Below are positions 17,887 to 27,608 of a stretch of DNA of 64,000 bases, piece after piece. Position 1 is the stretch's first letter. Each line of letters opens with the position of its first letter. The notes under the pieces are model-generated. The model was not told the origin of the DNA. It was given only the letters and a program-made list of their open reading frames with translations, and did no database searches. A program made the translations under genes and the position numbers. This DNA is from Planctomycetota bacterium (GTDB lineage: Bacteria > Planctomycetota > SZUA-567 > H5-PLA8), in contig JBBRPR010000013.1 of the NCBI GenBank assembly GCA_038227875.1, positions 96,001-160,000 of the forward strand. Reading direction: 5' to 3'.

Positions 17887-20004
17887 CTACTTCAATTCCT
17901 TCAGCTCCTTCAATACCTTCGCCGCCATTTTCCGAACCTCCGGATCGCCATCGTTCAGCGCCTTCTCAATCCGCTTCGCGGCATTGGCCTCGCCCACGCT
18001 CCCCAGTGCAGCGATGGCCTGGCCTCTCACCTCGGGGCTCTTATCATCCAGGGCCTGCAGCAGCAACTCCTCGGCTTCTGCGTTGCCGATTTCGCCCAGC
18101 GCGTATATCGCGTCGCCGCGCACGGCCGGGTGTGCGTCGCTGCTCAGCCGCTTGAGCAACGCGAGCGATTTTTCGCCGCCGATGCTGCCCAACCCGTAGG
18201 CCACGCCTTCGCGCAGTCGAAAGTCGGGAGATTCCGCGAGTTTCTCAAGAAATGGCAACGCCGGCCAACCGCCACCATGACCGACCGCAGCCGCCGCCGC
18301 ATAACGCACGTCTGGATTGGCATCCGCGCAAGCTTGCTCGACCAGGCGCAGCGCCTCGGCGTTGTACATGTAGCCCAAGGCACACACCAGACTTTGTCGT
18401 TCTCCCGTGGCATCCGCTTTGAGTTCGGACAATCTATTTTGAAAGAGAATCACGTCGCGCTCATCGTTCAGTGCCGCCAATGCCAGGTACGCCTGATTCC
18501 TGACCGCACGATCGACGTCGGGCAGCGTGTCCTTCACCAGCGCTCTGGCTTTTTCGCCGCCGAATAGACCCAGCGCTTTCACCGCTGTCGTACGGACTTT
18601 TGCGTCCGGCGAATGGAGCGCGCGTTCCAGTAGCGGCAGCGTCTTCTCGTCATGGCAACGTCCAATTTCGGAGGAGAGAAAAGGAAAGCCCAGGTTGGCA
18701 TCCTCTTCCAACGCACCCCACACGCCTCCGTCCAATGCCGCGACCGCATCCCAGACCAACGAACGCAATGACGCCAAGGCTGCGCGCTTTACTTCCACAT
18801 CCTTGTCATGAACCGCCTTCAGGATTAGGGGAACGGTGCGCACATCTTCCAGTGTGGCTGCACGCTTCGCCGCATCGCGGCGCTTTGCGGCGTCGGCAGA
18901 TTCCAGATCCGTGCGAAGTTGCGCGATTTCACCATCACTCGCACCCGGAAAGAGCACCGCGGATTTTCCATCCGCCGACCACTGGACTTTCCAGCCGTAC
19001 TTTTGCGCCACACCCTCCACCAACTGTGCGCCCGACGTCCGCGCAAACCGCATCGCGCCAGGCACCAACGGAAATTTCTGGCTACCCAGAACGGAGATCG
19101 ACAAGCCCTGCGCTTGCAATGCCTGAAACGCGACCGACGCCGGCGAACCTATCGGCGCGACATAGAGCGAGGCCGCGAAGACTGAAGATCCACTCGCAGG
19201 TGCAGGCGTCTGAATTTTCAGCACGCCGAACGCCACGGCGCCGCTGAGCGCGCCAGCCAGCACCACCATGGCGACGGCCGTCTTGACCTTCACCCACCAC
19301 ATCGCCTTGGCGGTAGCGTTGGCCAGCAGCGCCACCTTCGCCGACGCCGATCCGCTCGCCACTGCAGCCGAAAGCGCGGCGGCTCCCGCCGGCACCGTAG
19401 TTGTCGCATGTGAGGTCAGCAGCAGACCGAATGCCGCGACCGTCAGTTGCGTGTCGCGCACGCCCAGCTTGCGGCGAAGCGCTTCCAGCCCACGGCGGCA
19501 ATATCCCGCCAAAACATTTCGCGGCACGCCCATCGCCGTCGAGACTTCCTCCTGCGTGCGCCCTTCCAGGTAACAGGCCGCCAGCGCCAGCCGGTGTTTT
19601 TCAGGCAGGGAACTCAGCGCAGCGTCGAGCTTCGGGCTGATGGCTTCCCAGATCGATTCGCTGGCGACCTGACTTTGTCTGGACGAAACCACGTTGCCTG
19701 CCTCCTTCTCCCGAGCCGCGCGCCGCCGCCGTTCACGCAAAACCACCGTCGCCGCGTACCACGCAGAGCGGTGCATCCAGCCGGCCAGATCGTTTTTCGA
19801 AACAAGTTCCGCGGCTTTGCGGCTGAGCATCAGAAAGACCGACTGCATCACTTCTTCCGCTTCACCCGTCTGGCCCAGCACGCGGCGGCAAACGGCCAGC
19901 ACCAGCGCGCCGTGGCGGCGCACAATCTCTTCGAACGCCTGTGGATCACCGGCGAGGTAGGCGGCCAGCAGCTCGCCGTCCGGCTTCATGGACTCATTGC
20001 TCAT
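17887..20004 (-). CDS. ECF sigma-70 factor with TM helix and C-terminal HEAT repeats
   Basis: DGELLAAY...AFEEIVRRHGALV...AEEVMQSVF, region 4, TM AVAMVVLAGALSGAVAFGV, and many D..VR..A..ALG repeats. Confidence 0.9.
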   Translation of the reverse strand: MSNESMKPDGELLAAYLAGDPQAFEEIVRRHGALVLAVCRRVLGQTGEAEEVMQSVFLMLSRKAAELVSKNDLAGWMHRSAWYAATVVLRERRRRAAREKEAGNVVSSRQSQVASESIWEAISPKLDAALSSLPEKHRLALAACYLEGRTQEEVSTAMGVPRNVLAGYCRRGLEALRRKLGVRDTQLTVAAFGLLLTSHATTTVPAGAAALSAAVASGSASAKVALLANATAKAMWWVKVKTAVAMVVLAGALSGAVAFGVLKIQTPAPASGSSVFAASLYVAPIGSPASVAFQALQAQGLSISVLGSQKFPLVPGAMRFARTSGAQLVEGVAQKYGWKVQWSADGKSAVLFPGASDGEIAQLRTDLESADAAKRRDAAKRAATLEDVRTVPLILKAVHDKDVEVKRAALASLRSLVWDAVAALDGGVWGALEEDANLGFPFLSSEIGRCHDEKTLPLLERALHSPDAKVRTTAVKALGLFGGEKARALVKDTLPDVDRAVRNQAYLALAALNDERDVILFQNRLSELKADATGERQSLVCALGYMYNAEALRLVEQACADANPDVRYAAAAAVGHGGGWPALPFLEKLAESPDFRLREGVAYGLGSIGGEKSLALLKRLSSDAHPAVRGDAIYALGEIGNAEAEELLLQALDDKSPEVRGQAIAALGSVGEANAAKRIEKALNDGDPEVRKMAAKVLKELKELK

Positions 20005-20154
20005 GGCACGTTGTTACCGGCACCGAAGGACAGGATGTGCGCTAAATCCGCGCAAAATTTATCTTTACCAAAATTATCGAGATTCCGCGCACATGTTTCA
20101 CCCCGGCGGCGGTAACCCAGCGAAAGCACCGTTCCGCCGTCCGGGAGATCGACC

Positions 20155-21273
20155 ATGCGCACCTGCCTTGGAATCGCCACGCTGACTCTCGCCGCGTATC
20201 TTTTCGTCCAATTCAGTGTCTGCGCCGCCGAGCCCGAAGAGACCACCCTCCCCCCGGCCTACTTCCTCGACATGGCCGAACTAAAAGTCCGCTACAAGCT
20301 CTATCCGGAGGCGCTGGCGCTGTACAAGACGGCGCTGGAAAAGTCGTCCGACAAAATGGAGCGCTCGCGCTGCCAGATGGGAATCGCGTTTCTCCTGGAA
20401 GCCCAGGGCAACGCCTCCGAATCCCTGAACGCCTGGAAACGTCTCGCCGCGTCGACAGACGACCCGGTTGTCGCGAGTCGCGCGCGCCTGGTCCTTGGAC
20501 AGCGCTACGCCGATGCCGGAAAAATCGATGAGGCCATCGCTACTCTAGAAGCCGTCGTGCTTCGCGAGAAGATGGAGATTCTCCGCCAGACCGCCGCGAC
20601 GAAGCTTTCCACGCTGCTGCTCTCAACATCGCGCGCAAAAGAAAAACTCGCCGCCTATCAGCAACTTCTTATCGCAAACCCGAAAGATGCGGTGCTGCTC
20701 CAGTTGGTGATTGGCCTGCAGGAAGACGATCCGGCCGGTCGCGCGGCGACCTTCAGCGCCGTCTCAAAGTCCGCGACGCTCGATGCGTATCAGTTGGATC
20801 AGTGGGGCAGCGCCCTGATCGACGCCGGAAAGACCGACGAAGCCACGCAGCTCTACCAGACGCTGGCGAAGAAGGACGCGGCACAGGCCGGCCTGCTCTA
20901 CGACCGCCTTGCGGCCATCGCCGTCAAGAATGGAAAGCTCGACGACGCCGAAGCACTCGTCGTCAGCGGCAGCAACCTCGAGCCGGGGGACGTGCGCGGC
21001 GAACTGGAGGTCTGCCGCAAACTGCTCGCGTTGAACCTGTACCCCGGCGCGGAAAAACACGGCCGCGCCGCCTACCAGGCGGTCACGGAGCCGGTCATGA
21101 AAGGCGCCGTGGCGATGGAGCTGGGCGAAGCGCTCTTCCGGCAGAACAAGCTCGATGAAGCGCGGGTGTTGCTTGCGCCACTGGCCGATCAGGATGCATG
21201 GCAGGGATTAAAGCAGCGTGCTCGCGCCATACTGGCGGACTTTCCTCCTACAGCCACCGCGGAAAAATTTTGA
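20155..21273 (+). CDS. Secreted tetratricopeptide-repeat protein
   Basis: Signal peptide; helical A/L/G-patterned TPR repeats. Confidence 0.75.
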   Translation: MRTCLGIATLTLAAYLFVQFSVCAAEPEETTLPPAYFLDMAELKVRYKLYPEALALYKTALEKSSDKMERSRCQMGIAFLLEAQGNASESLNAWKRLAASTDDPVVASRARLVLGQRYADAGKIDEAIATLEAVVLREKMEILRQTAATKLSTLLLSTSRAKEKLAAYQQLLIANPKDAVLLQLVIGLQEDDPAGRAATFSAVSKSATLDAYQLDQWGSALIDAGKTDEATQLYQTLAKKDAAQAGLLYDRLAAIAVKNGKLDDAEALVVSGSNLEPGDVRGELEVCRKLLALNLYPGAEKHGRAAYQAVTEPVMKGAVAMELGEALFRQNKLDEARVLLAPLADQDAWQGLKQRARAILADFPPTATAEKF

Positions 21274-21306
21274 ACCGGACTTGGGTCCTCGTGGAGAACT
21301 GAACTC

Positions 21307-24003
21307 ATGCGCAAAATTCTGATCGGCTTGGCAATGCTGGCGTTCGCTACGTCGGCTTTCGGAGCCAGCCAGGACTTAAGCCCGCTCATGCCCCCGCCGA
21401 TGGACCAGAAATGGCCGCTGGTTCCCAGCTGCGGCAGCTGTACGTTCGGCTACGCGCTCAAGACATACTACGAGGGCCTCGACCGGGGCTGGAGCGTGCT
21501 GACGCCCAATCACCAGTTCGCGCCGAACTACCTCCACAATCAGGTGCAGTATCAGGAAGGGCTGGGCATCAACGAAGGTGAACGCAATTGCTGGATCATG
21601 GCCAACCGCGGCATTTGCACGCTGGCCGATGAACCGTACACGACCGATCAGCTCACGTGGCCCACCGCCGCGCAATGCCAGGCCGGTTTGAATTATCAGA
21701 ACGACCTGATCGGCGGGCTGCCCTACGGTTCGATCGTGGGCTACGATTCCGTCACCCGCAAACCCAATCTCACCAACATCCGCGCGGCGTTGGACCAGGG
21801 CAAGGTGCTGGGCATGTACTTTGTCTACTTCAACGGTTTTGAGACGCTGAGCAGCGCGACGAATTATGTTTACTACTCCGTCTACCAGAGCGGCACCCAG
21901 ACTTACCATTGGATCACCATCGTCGGCTACGACGACACGCGGACCGACGGCACCGGCCACGTGGGCGCGCTGAAGGTTCAAAATTCATTCGGAGCGACAT
22001 GGGCCGATCACGGCTATGGCTGGATCGCTTACGACGCGTTGAACTACGCGAGCATGCCGGTCGCCAACACGCAGGGAAAATTTTACTACCTGAAAAATCT
22101 GCCCGCGACGTACGTCTCGACCCTTTCAGCGCGCATTTCGCTCAATCATCCGCTCGTCGCCGGAACGCGCATCAGCGTGGGCGTCGGCGACATCGCAGCT
22201 CCGTCCTGGACGCATACGTTCTACGATTTCACTCCCGATTACTTCACCGACCTCGCCGATCCCGTTCACGCCAATTTCTCGACCGTGGTCGATCTCACCG
22301 GCGCCAGCGCGTTCTGGCCGCCGTCGGCAGCCCGGCCGTGGTGGGTCAAAGTCGAAGACCCGTTGACCGATGGCTTGACCGGTACGATCACTGAATTTTC
22401 CGTGACGCAAGGCGGCACAACGTTCTCCACAAAGACGCCGCTGCCGGTCAGCATTCCCGACACCGGATCGGCCTACGCCTACATCTACGGCAATCGCCCG
22501 CCGGTGATCACGTCCGCGATTTCAGCCACGCCCAACCCGGCCAAGGTCGGCCAGACCGTCACGTTCTCTGCCGCCGCGACCGATCCAGACGGCGATGCGC
22601 TGACCTACAGGTGGACGTTCGGCGACTCCGCGACGCAAACCGGCGCGACGACCTCGCACGCCTACGCCGCGCCGGGCGTCTACCCGGTCACCGTCACCGC
22701 CACCGATGGCGGCGGACTTTTCGCGACAACCTCGGCTTCGGTCACCGTCACGGCGCTCGCGACGCCGGTCGTCATCACCACTGCATCGCCGCTGCCCAGC
22801 GGCACCGTGGGCACCGCATACTCGTTGCAATTCACGGCCTCCGGCGGTACGCCGCCGTATCACTGGTCGTCAATCGATCCGCTCGGACTCGGCGCGCTGC
22901 CGCCCCCCGGATTGGTGTTCTCAAACGGCGGCTTATTGCTGGGTACGCCGAAAACCGCCGGCACCTACAGTTTCATGATTGGCTGCAACGACAGCGCCAG
23001 CGGCAGCGCATCGGCCACCGTTACGATCACCATCAACTCCGCGCCCGTCGCGCCCTCGATTCAGACGCAGCCGTCGAACGCCACCGTGATCGCCGGACAG
23101 ACCGCGACCTTCAGCGTCGCTGCCACGGGAACAGCGCTCACCTATCAATGGTTCCGCAACGGCGTCAACATCGCCGGCGCAACGGGTGCGTCGAATACCA
23201 CGCCGGCGACCACGGTCACGGATAGTGGTTCCACCTATTACGTCGTCGTGAAAAATACCTTGGGCAACGTCACGAGCGCCACGGCCACGTTGACGGTCAA
23301 TCCGGCGGTACAACCCGTCACGATCACCACCGTCTCTCCGCTGCTCAGCGGCACCGTGGGCTCGGCCTACCGCTTGCAATTTACGGCGACGGGAGGTACG
23401 GCGCCGTATCAATGGTCGTCGATCGATCCACTGGGGCTTGGCGCGTTGCCTCCGCCCGGCATGCTCTTCTCCACCGGTGGTCTGCTTTTGGGAACTCCGA
23501 AGACCGCGGGCACATACTCGTTTATGGTCGGTTGCCGCGCTTCGTCCGGTGGTTCGGCCACGGCCACGGTTACGATCACCATTAACGCCGCCAAGCCGCT
23601 CACTGTTACTGCTCTTCAGGGCAGCGTGAGCTTCGTGGCGAGCGGACGCGACACCGCTTCCGTTTCCGGCACGATTCCCGGATCGTCACTGCTTGCCACG
23701 AACGGCCAGTCGATCAGTTTGAATCTCGGTGGCGTCACGCAGTCCTTTGTGCTGGACGCGAAGGGGCATGGCAAGTCGGCCAACGGCATCGCCACAGTTT
23801 CGACCAAAGGCGGCCGCACGACGTTTACCGCGAAGCTCCACTCGGGCTCGTTTAAAGAAGCGTTTGGTCTCAGCGCATCGCACACGTCGACCAAGTCCCG
23901 GACGACGCTGACCGTCTATCTCGAAGTGGGCGGAGAAACCTATGCGTCAGACGTAAACGTGTCGTGTCTGACCAAGACGAGCGGCGGAAGTTTTAAAAAG
24001 TAG
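21307..24003 (+). CDS. Secreted papain-like (C1) cysteine peptidase with PKD, Ig-like domains and a C-terminal domain
   Basis: Signal peptide; DQ...SCGSCTFGY (Cys), HWITIVGYDD (His), QNSFG (Asn); PKD YRWTFGD; two He_PIG-like Ig domains and one immunoglobulin domain. Confidence 0.82.
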   Translation: MRKILIGLAMLAFATSAFGASQDLSPLMPPPMDQKWPLVPSCGSCTFGYALKTYYEGLDRGWSVLTPNHQFAPNYLHNQVQYQEGLGINEGERNCWIMANRGICTLADEPYTTDQLTWPTAAQCQAGLNYQNDLIGGLPYGSIVGYDSVTRKPNLTNIRAALDQGKVLGMYFVYFNGFETLSSATNYVYYSVYQSGTQTYHWITIVGYDDTRTDGTGHVGALKVQNSFGATWADHGYGWIAYDALNYASMPVANTQGKFYYLKNLPATYVSTLSARISLNHPLVAGTRISVGVGDIAAPSWTHTFYDFTPDYFTDLADPVHANFSTVVDLTGASAFWPPSAARPWWVKVEDPLTDGLTGTITEFSVTQGGTTFSTKTPLPVSIPDTGSAYAYIYGNRPPVITSAISATPNPAKVGQTVTFSAAATDPDGDALTYRWTFGDSATQTGATTSHAYAAPGVYPVTVTATDGGGLFATTSASVTVTALATPVVITTASPLPSGTVGTAYSLQFTASGGTPPYHWSSIDPLGLGALPPPGLVFSNGGLLLGTPKTAGTYSFMIGCNDSASGSASATVTITINSAPVAPSIQTQPSNATVIAGQTATFSVAATGTALTYQWFRNGVNIAGATGASNTTPATTVTDSGSTYYVVVKNTLGNVTSATATLTVNPAVQPVTITTVSPLLSGTVGSAYRLQFTATGGTAPYQWSSIDPLGLGALPPPGMLFSTGGLLLGTPKTAGTYSFMVGCRASSGGSATATVTITINAAKPLTVTALQGSVSFVASGRDTASVSGTIPGSSLLATNGQSISLNLGGVTQSFVLDAKGHGKSANGIATVSTKGGRTTFTAKLHSGSFKEAFGLSASHTSTKSRTTLTVYLEVGGETYASDVNVSCLTKTSGGSFKK
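22774..23586 (+). repeat. Two near-identical ~88-aa Ig (He_PIG-like) domains inside the protease
   Basis: ITT.SPL.SGTVG.AY.LQFTA.GGT.PY.WSSIDPLGLGALPPPG..FS.GGLLLGTPKTAGTYSFM.GC occurs at ~22774 and ~23323. Confidence 0.85.
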
Positions 24004-24151
24004 CACACCAGAACTTCCGTTTAATACGGAGAGGGCACAATTTACAAAGCATTATCAGCAATGATATTGCGCGCCAAAAGGCGCGCATTTTTGTTTCCCA
24101 AGACTCCCTATTTGCACATGTTCCTTCCGCTCTGATAAAAGTCCGTCGTAC

Positions 24152-24192
24152 ATTTTTCAAGAATCTTCCGCCCAACTTTCAATCGTCTCGGA
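24152..24192 (+). promoter_or_regulatory. Conserved upstream motif of ECF copy B (putative ECF promoter)
   Basis: ATTTTTCAAgaaTCTTCCGcCCAACTttcaATCGtcTCgGA, matching the motif upstream of copy A. Confidence 0.6.
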
Positions 24193-24247
24193 ATAACCTT
24201 TCAGAGCAGCAAAGAATGTTGGCTGCCTGGCGTCCGGTGAGACTACA

Positions 24248-25717
24248 ATGGCCGTCCGAGTTTCAAACCTGGCTGGTGCGACCGCGATGGAAACGATGGA
24301 CGACATTTCGTTGCTGAAAGCCATCGCCGAACGGCGGGATCACGCGGCCTTCGCGGAACTCTGCGAGCGCTGCCACAAACGCGCCTTCAATCTCGCCTTT
24401 CGAATTCTGCGCAATCCGGCGGCAGCCGAAGATGCGGTTCAAGAAGCCATGCTCGCGGTCTGGCTCTCGGCAGGTTCGTTTCAGCCGGACCGGGGAAACC
24501 CACAATCGTGGATACTGAGTATCGTGATGAATAAATGCGTCAACTTAGGGGCCGCTCAGCGACAACGCGCCAAGCGCGAGGAGCGTCTGGCCATGGAACG
24601 AAGCAGTCTGGAGTCCGAATCCACATCCCGGATTGAAGACCGGGAGTTGATCGTCACGCTGCGCAGTCACCTCGACCGGTTGCCGGATCTGGACGGCCGG
24701 ATCCTGGCGTGCTGCTACGGCGCCAACATGTCGCATCAGAAGGCCGCGGAATTTCTGGGCATCCCCCGGCGCACGGTCTCCGAGAAGATCCAGCGCGCGC
24801 TCGATTCCCTCCGCGGCAGCCTGTTGAAGGCCGGTGTCGCCGCGGTGGTGCCGCTGCTCAGCGCCGAGAATCTCTTTGAAGCCATGACCACCGGCCACGA
24901 ATGCCCGCCCGGCATGGGTGAACGGATTGTCCGCCACGTCACGTCGGCGGGACGCTCCGCGCGCGCCTTGCCGCGCCGTCCGGTCCCCGCGAAGGGCGGC
25001 ATCGGCATGTTCCTGGCTGTCGGCGCGGTGGCCGCCGTCGCCGTAGGCGTCGTTGCCAGCCGCGGCTATTTCACGCCAACCCCGAATTCCGCCGCGCCGA
25101 CTCTCGCTCCCGCCCCGGACGCGCTGCATCTCCATTGGTCGTTCGAGAAGGAAGCACCTGCCGATCTGCGCGTGTTGCAGCAAAGTTGGACGTGGAAGTA
25201 CTCCGAGGAAAAGAAGACTGGCTACCTCGCCACGCCGTCCGGCGAATCGAACGCCGTCTTCGTGACTCTGCCCTTCACGCTTCCGGCGCAGCCGGTTCTG
25301 ATCCACTCGGAAGCTTTTCTGCCGCTGGAAGGCGTGTTTGCGCTGAGCGCCATGCCGATGCGAGGCAACCAGGTTCTGCCCACGGTACGCTGGCGCACGT
25401 TCTATAATTTGCGCGGAACCACCGTGTCCAGTCTGCAAGTCACGCATCACAGCGACATCTACATTGTCGATCACCACATCGTCCAGTTGCTGGACGGTCA
25501 TGTGATGGAAATCCGGATTGTCCCAGAAGCCGCAACCTCGATCGCACTGGGCATCCGCAATTGGGGCCTGCTGAGCATGGATGTCAAAACCATCAGCCCG
25601 GCGGACCTGCCCGCTCCGCTCAAGGATGTTCCGGCGTTGATTCTAACGATGAAGGAAGGGCCCGAAAAAGAAAACGTGCCCGGCGATCCGCCGCCCAGGG
25701 AGCCCGTCCGTAACTGA
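24248..25717 (+). CDS. ECF sigma-70 factor with C-terminal extension (TM plus extracytoplasmic domain), copy B
   Basis: Clear paralogue of 15189..16655 (AFAELCER, AEDAVQEAMLA, CCYGANMSHQ, GHECPP); TM MFLAVGAVAAVAVGVVA; C-domain starting LHWSFE. The start could be 24287 or 24296. Confidence 0.88.
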   Translation: MAVRVSNLAGATAMETMDDISLLKAIAERRDHAAFAELCERCHKRAFNLAFRILRNPAAAEDAVQEAMLAVWLSAGSFQPDRGNPQSWILSIVMNKCVNLGAAQRQRAKREERLAMERSSLESESTSRIEDRELIVTLRSHLDRLPDLDGRILACCYGANMSHQKAAEFLGIPRRTVSEKIQRALDSLRGSLLKAGVAAVVPLLSAENLFEAMTTGHECPPGMGERIVRHVTSAGRSARALPRRPVPAKGGIGMFLAVGAVAAVAVGVVASRGYFTPTPNSAAPTLAPAPDALHLHWSFEKEAPADLRVLQQSWTWKYSEEKKTGYLATPSGESNAVFVTLPFTLPAQPVLIHSEAFLPLEGVFALSAMPMRGNQVLPTVRWRTFYNLRGTTVSSLQVTHHSDIYIVDHHIVQLLDGHVMEIRIVPEAATSIALGIRNWGLLSMDVKTISPADLPAPLKDVPALILTMKEGPEKENVPGDPPPREPVRN

Positions 25718-25830
25718 TTAACCGCCCGCCGCCGCGGGAAACAAAACAACAGGGAATAGAACAGGAAAGACACCGTGCGTGTGCTTGATGGAGCCTCATT
25801 GTCCCGCGTTTTCCAAACTAAGGAGCCGCC

Positions 25831-26523
25831 ATGTTCCAGTCGCAGAGTGAAGACGTGCGTACGTTACCGAAGTCCTCGAAGATTTCGCAGGCCTTGCGCG
25901 CCATTCAGCCCAGCGCGATCGGAACCGCCGAAACCGAAAACGTGGCCGAGCCCGAGGTCATCATCCGTCCGATTCTCGGCGAGCACGAACTCGATCGCGT
26001 CTATCAACTGACCTACGACGCCTACGTCGAACGCGGGTACTGCGAAGAACACCCGTCGCGCCGGCTGATTCATTATCCGCATCTCGACCGTATCCCCGAG
26101 ACCACGGTCCTGGTCGCGGTCGTGGACGGCAAGATCGTCGGCACCAATTCCTGGACCTTGGACGGGCCCAATGGTCTCCATGTGGACAAGGATTTCCATG
26201 CGGAGACCCGCGTCGTGCGCAGCGAAGGCCGCCGCCTGGCCGCGTCCTGGCGTATCGCCACTTCAAGTTGCTTCCGGGCCGAACGCAAAGTGGTCATGGC
26301 GCTGATTCAGCAGACCTGCCAGGGAATCGTCGCCGCCAACGTGGACACCTCGATCTTCACCTTCAACCCACGGCACGAACGCATTTATCAGCGCCTGCTG
26401 AACATGAAGACCATCGCGACCAGCGCGGGCACCAACGGTCTGCGCAATGCGCCCGCCGTGTTGATGCGCCTGGACCTGAAGGACTTGCCGGAACGCTGGC
26501 TGCAGCCCATGTCCGTCGGTTGA
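25831..26523 (+). CDS. N-acyl amino acid synthase (FeeM-like), copy B
   Basis: LTYDAYVERGY, GTNSWTLDGPNGL, NPRHERIYQRLL and NAPAVLMRLD motifs; AAGGAG RBS. Confidence 0.78.
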   Translation: MFQSQSEDVRTLPKSSKISQALRAIQPSAIGTAETENVAEPEVIIRPILGEHELDRVYQLTYDAYVERGYCEEHPSRRLIHYPHLDRIPETTVLVAVVDGKIVGTNSWTLDGPNGLHVDKDFHAETRVVRSEGRRLAASWRIATSSCFRAERKVVMALIQQTCQGIVAANVDTSIFTFNPRHERIYQRLLNMKTIATSAGTNGLRNAPAVLMRLDLKDLPERWLQPMSVG

Positions 26524-26654
26524 TGAGAATTTAAAACATTTCTTTGGTCAAACCGGGCGCAGCTGGTTTTGCATAGTGGAAGACAGTCGTAACTCACGTT
26601 TTAGATCGGGAGTCGCCAGGAAACGCACAATGTAGTTCAACGGAGCCGTTCATC

Positions 26655-27608
26655 ATGCCCAGCAGCGCGGTTTTCGAATACGACAACGCCTTCGCCCGCA
26701 ACCTCGGGTTGGTCAACGTTGATGAACAGTCCCGCCTGCGCCAGACCCGCGTCGGCTTGCCGGGACTAGGCGGCGTCGGCGGTGCGCATCTGCAGGCGCT
26801 GGCCCGCATGGGCATCGGGGCGTTTCATCTCGCCGATCCGGATACGTTCGACGTCGTCAACATGAATCGCCAGCTCGGCGCGTCGATGAACACCGTCGGA
26901 CGCTCCAAGGCGGAAGTCGTCGGCGAATCCTTGAAGACCATCAATCCCGACGCGCAGGTCGAACTCTTCCGCGACGGCATCAACGCACAGAACATCGATG
27001 CTTTCTTGGATGGCGTCGACGTCGTCGTCGATGGACTGGAGTTCTTCCGCATCGAAACGCGGCGCATGCTCTACCGCGCCTGTCGCGAACGCGGCATTCC
27101 GGTCGTCAACGCCGGCCCGATCGGCTTTGGCGCGGCAGTGCTGGTCTTCATGCCCAACGCGATGTCCTTCGACGAATACTTCCGCATCAACGACGCGATG
27201 ACCCGCGCCGAACAGTTGCTCGCGATGGCGCTGGGACTGGCGCCCGGCCTGGTCAGCGATGTCGATCCCGCGCGCGTCGACGTGGAGAACGAGAAGGGCC
27301 CCGCCCTCGCATCGGCCTGCTTTCTCTGCGCCGCCGCCGCTGCGACGGAAGTGCTCAAGCTGGTCTGCGGTCGAGGACGGGTCACCGCCGCGCCGCGCGG
27401 CATCTACTACGATCCATATCGCGGCAAAACCGTCCGCCTCCGCCCGCGACCCGCGTTGACCTCCAGCCTGCGCGGCCGGGTCCTGCGCTGGATGAGCTTC
27501 CGCCGCTTTCCCGCTTTCCGCACCATGCACGAGCGTGAATTGCTCGAGCGCAAAAACATTCGCCAGCTGGATCTCGAGGCTGCCTCCCATGCCGCGCCAA
27601 CGGTCTGA
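26655..27608 (+). CDS. ThiF-family adenylyltransferase, copy B
   Basis: AFARNLG, GLGGVGG, ADPDTFDVVNMNRQ, KAE and VVDGLEFF motifs; no CxxC pairs. Confidence 0.9.
   Translation: MPSSAVFEYDNAFARNLGLVNVDEQSRLRQTRVGLPGLGGVGGAHLQALARMGIGAFHLADPDTFDVVNMNRQLGASMNTVGRSKAEVVGESLKTINPDAQVELFRDGINAQNIDAFLDGVDVVVDGLEFFRIETRRMLYRACRERGIPVVNAGPIGFGAAVLVFMPNAMSFDEYFRINDAMTRAEQLLAMALGLAPGLVSDVDPARVDVENEKGPALASACFLCAAAAATEVLKLVCGRGRVTAAPRGIYYDPYRGKTVRLRPRPALTSSLRGRVLRWMSFRRFPAFRTMHERELLERKNIRQLDLEAASHAAPTV

Noticed and set aside
16888..18567. Long antisense ORFs (also 36482..38110, 55378..57159, 8611..9891 and others)
   Set aside because: Shadows of well-supported genes, as expected in GC-rich DNA, with no recognisable motifs.
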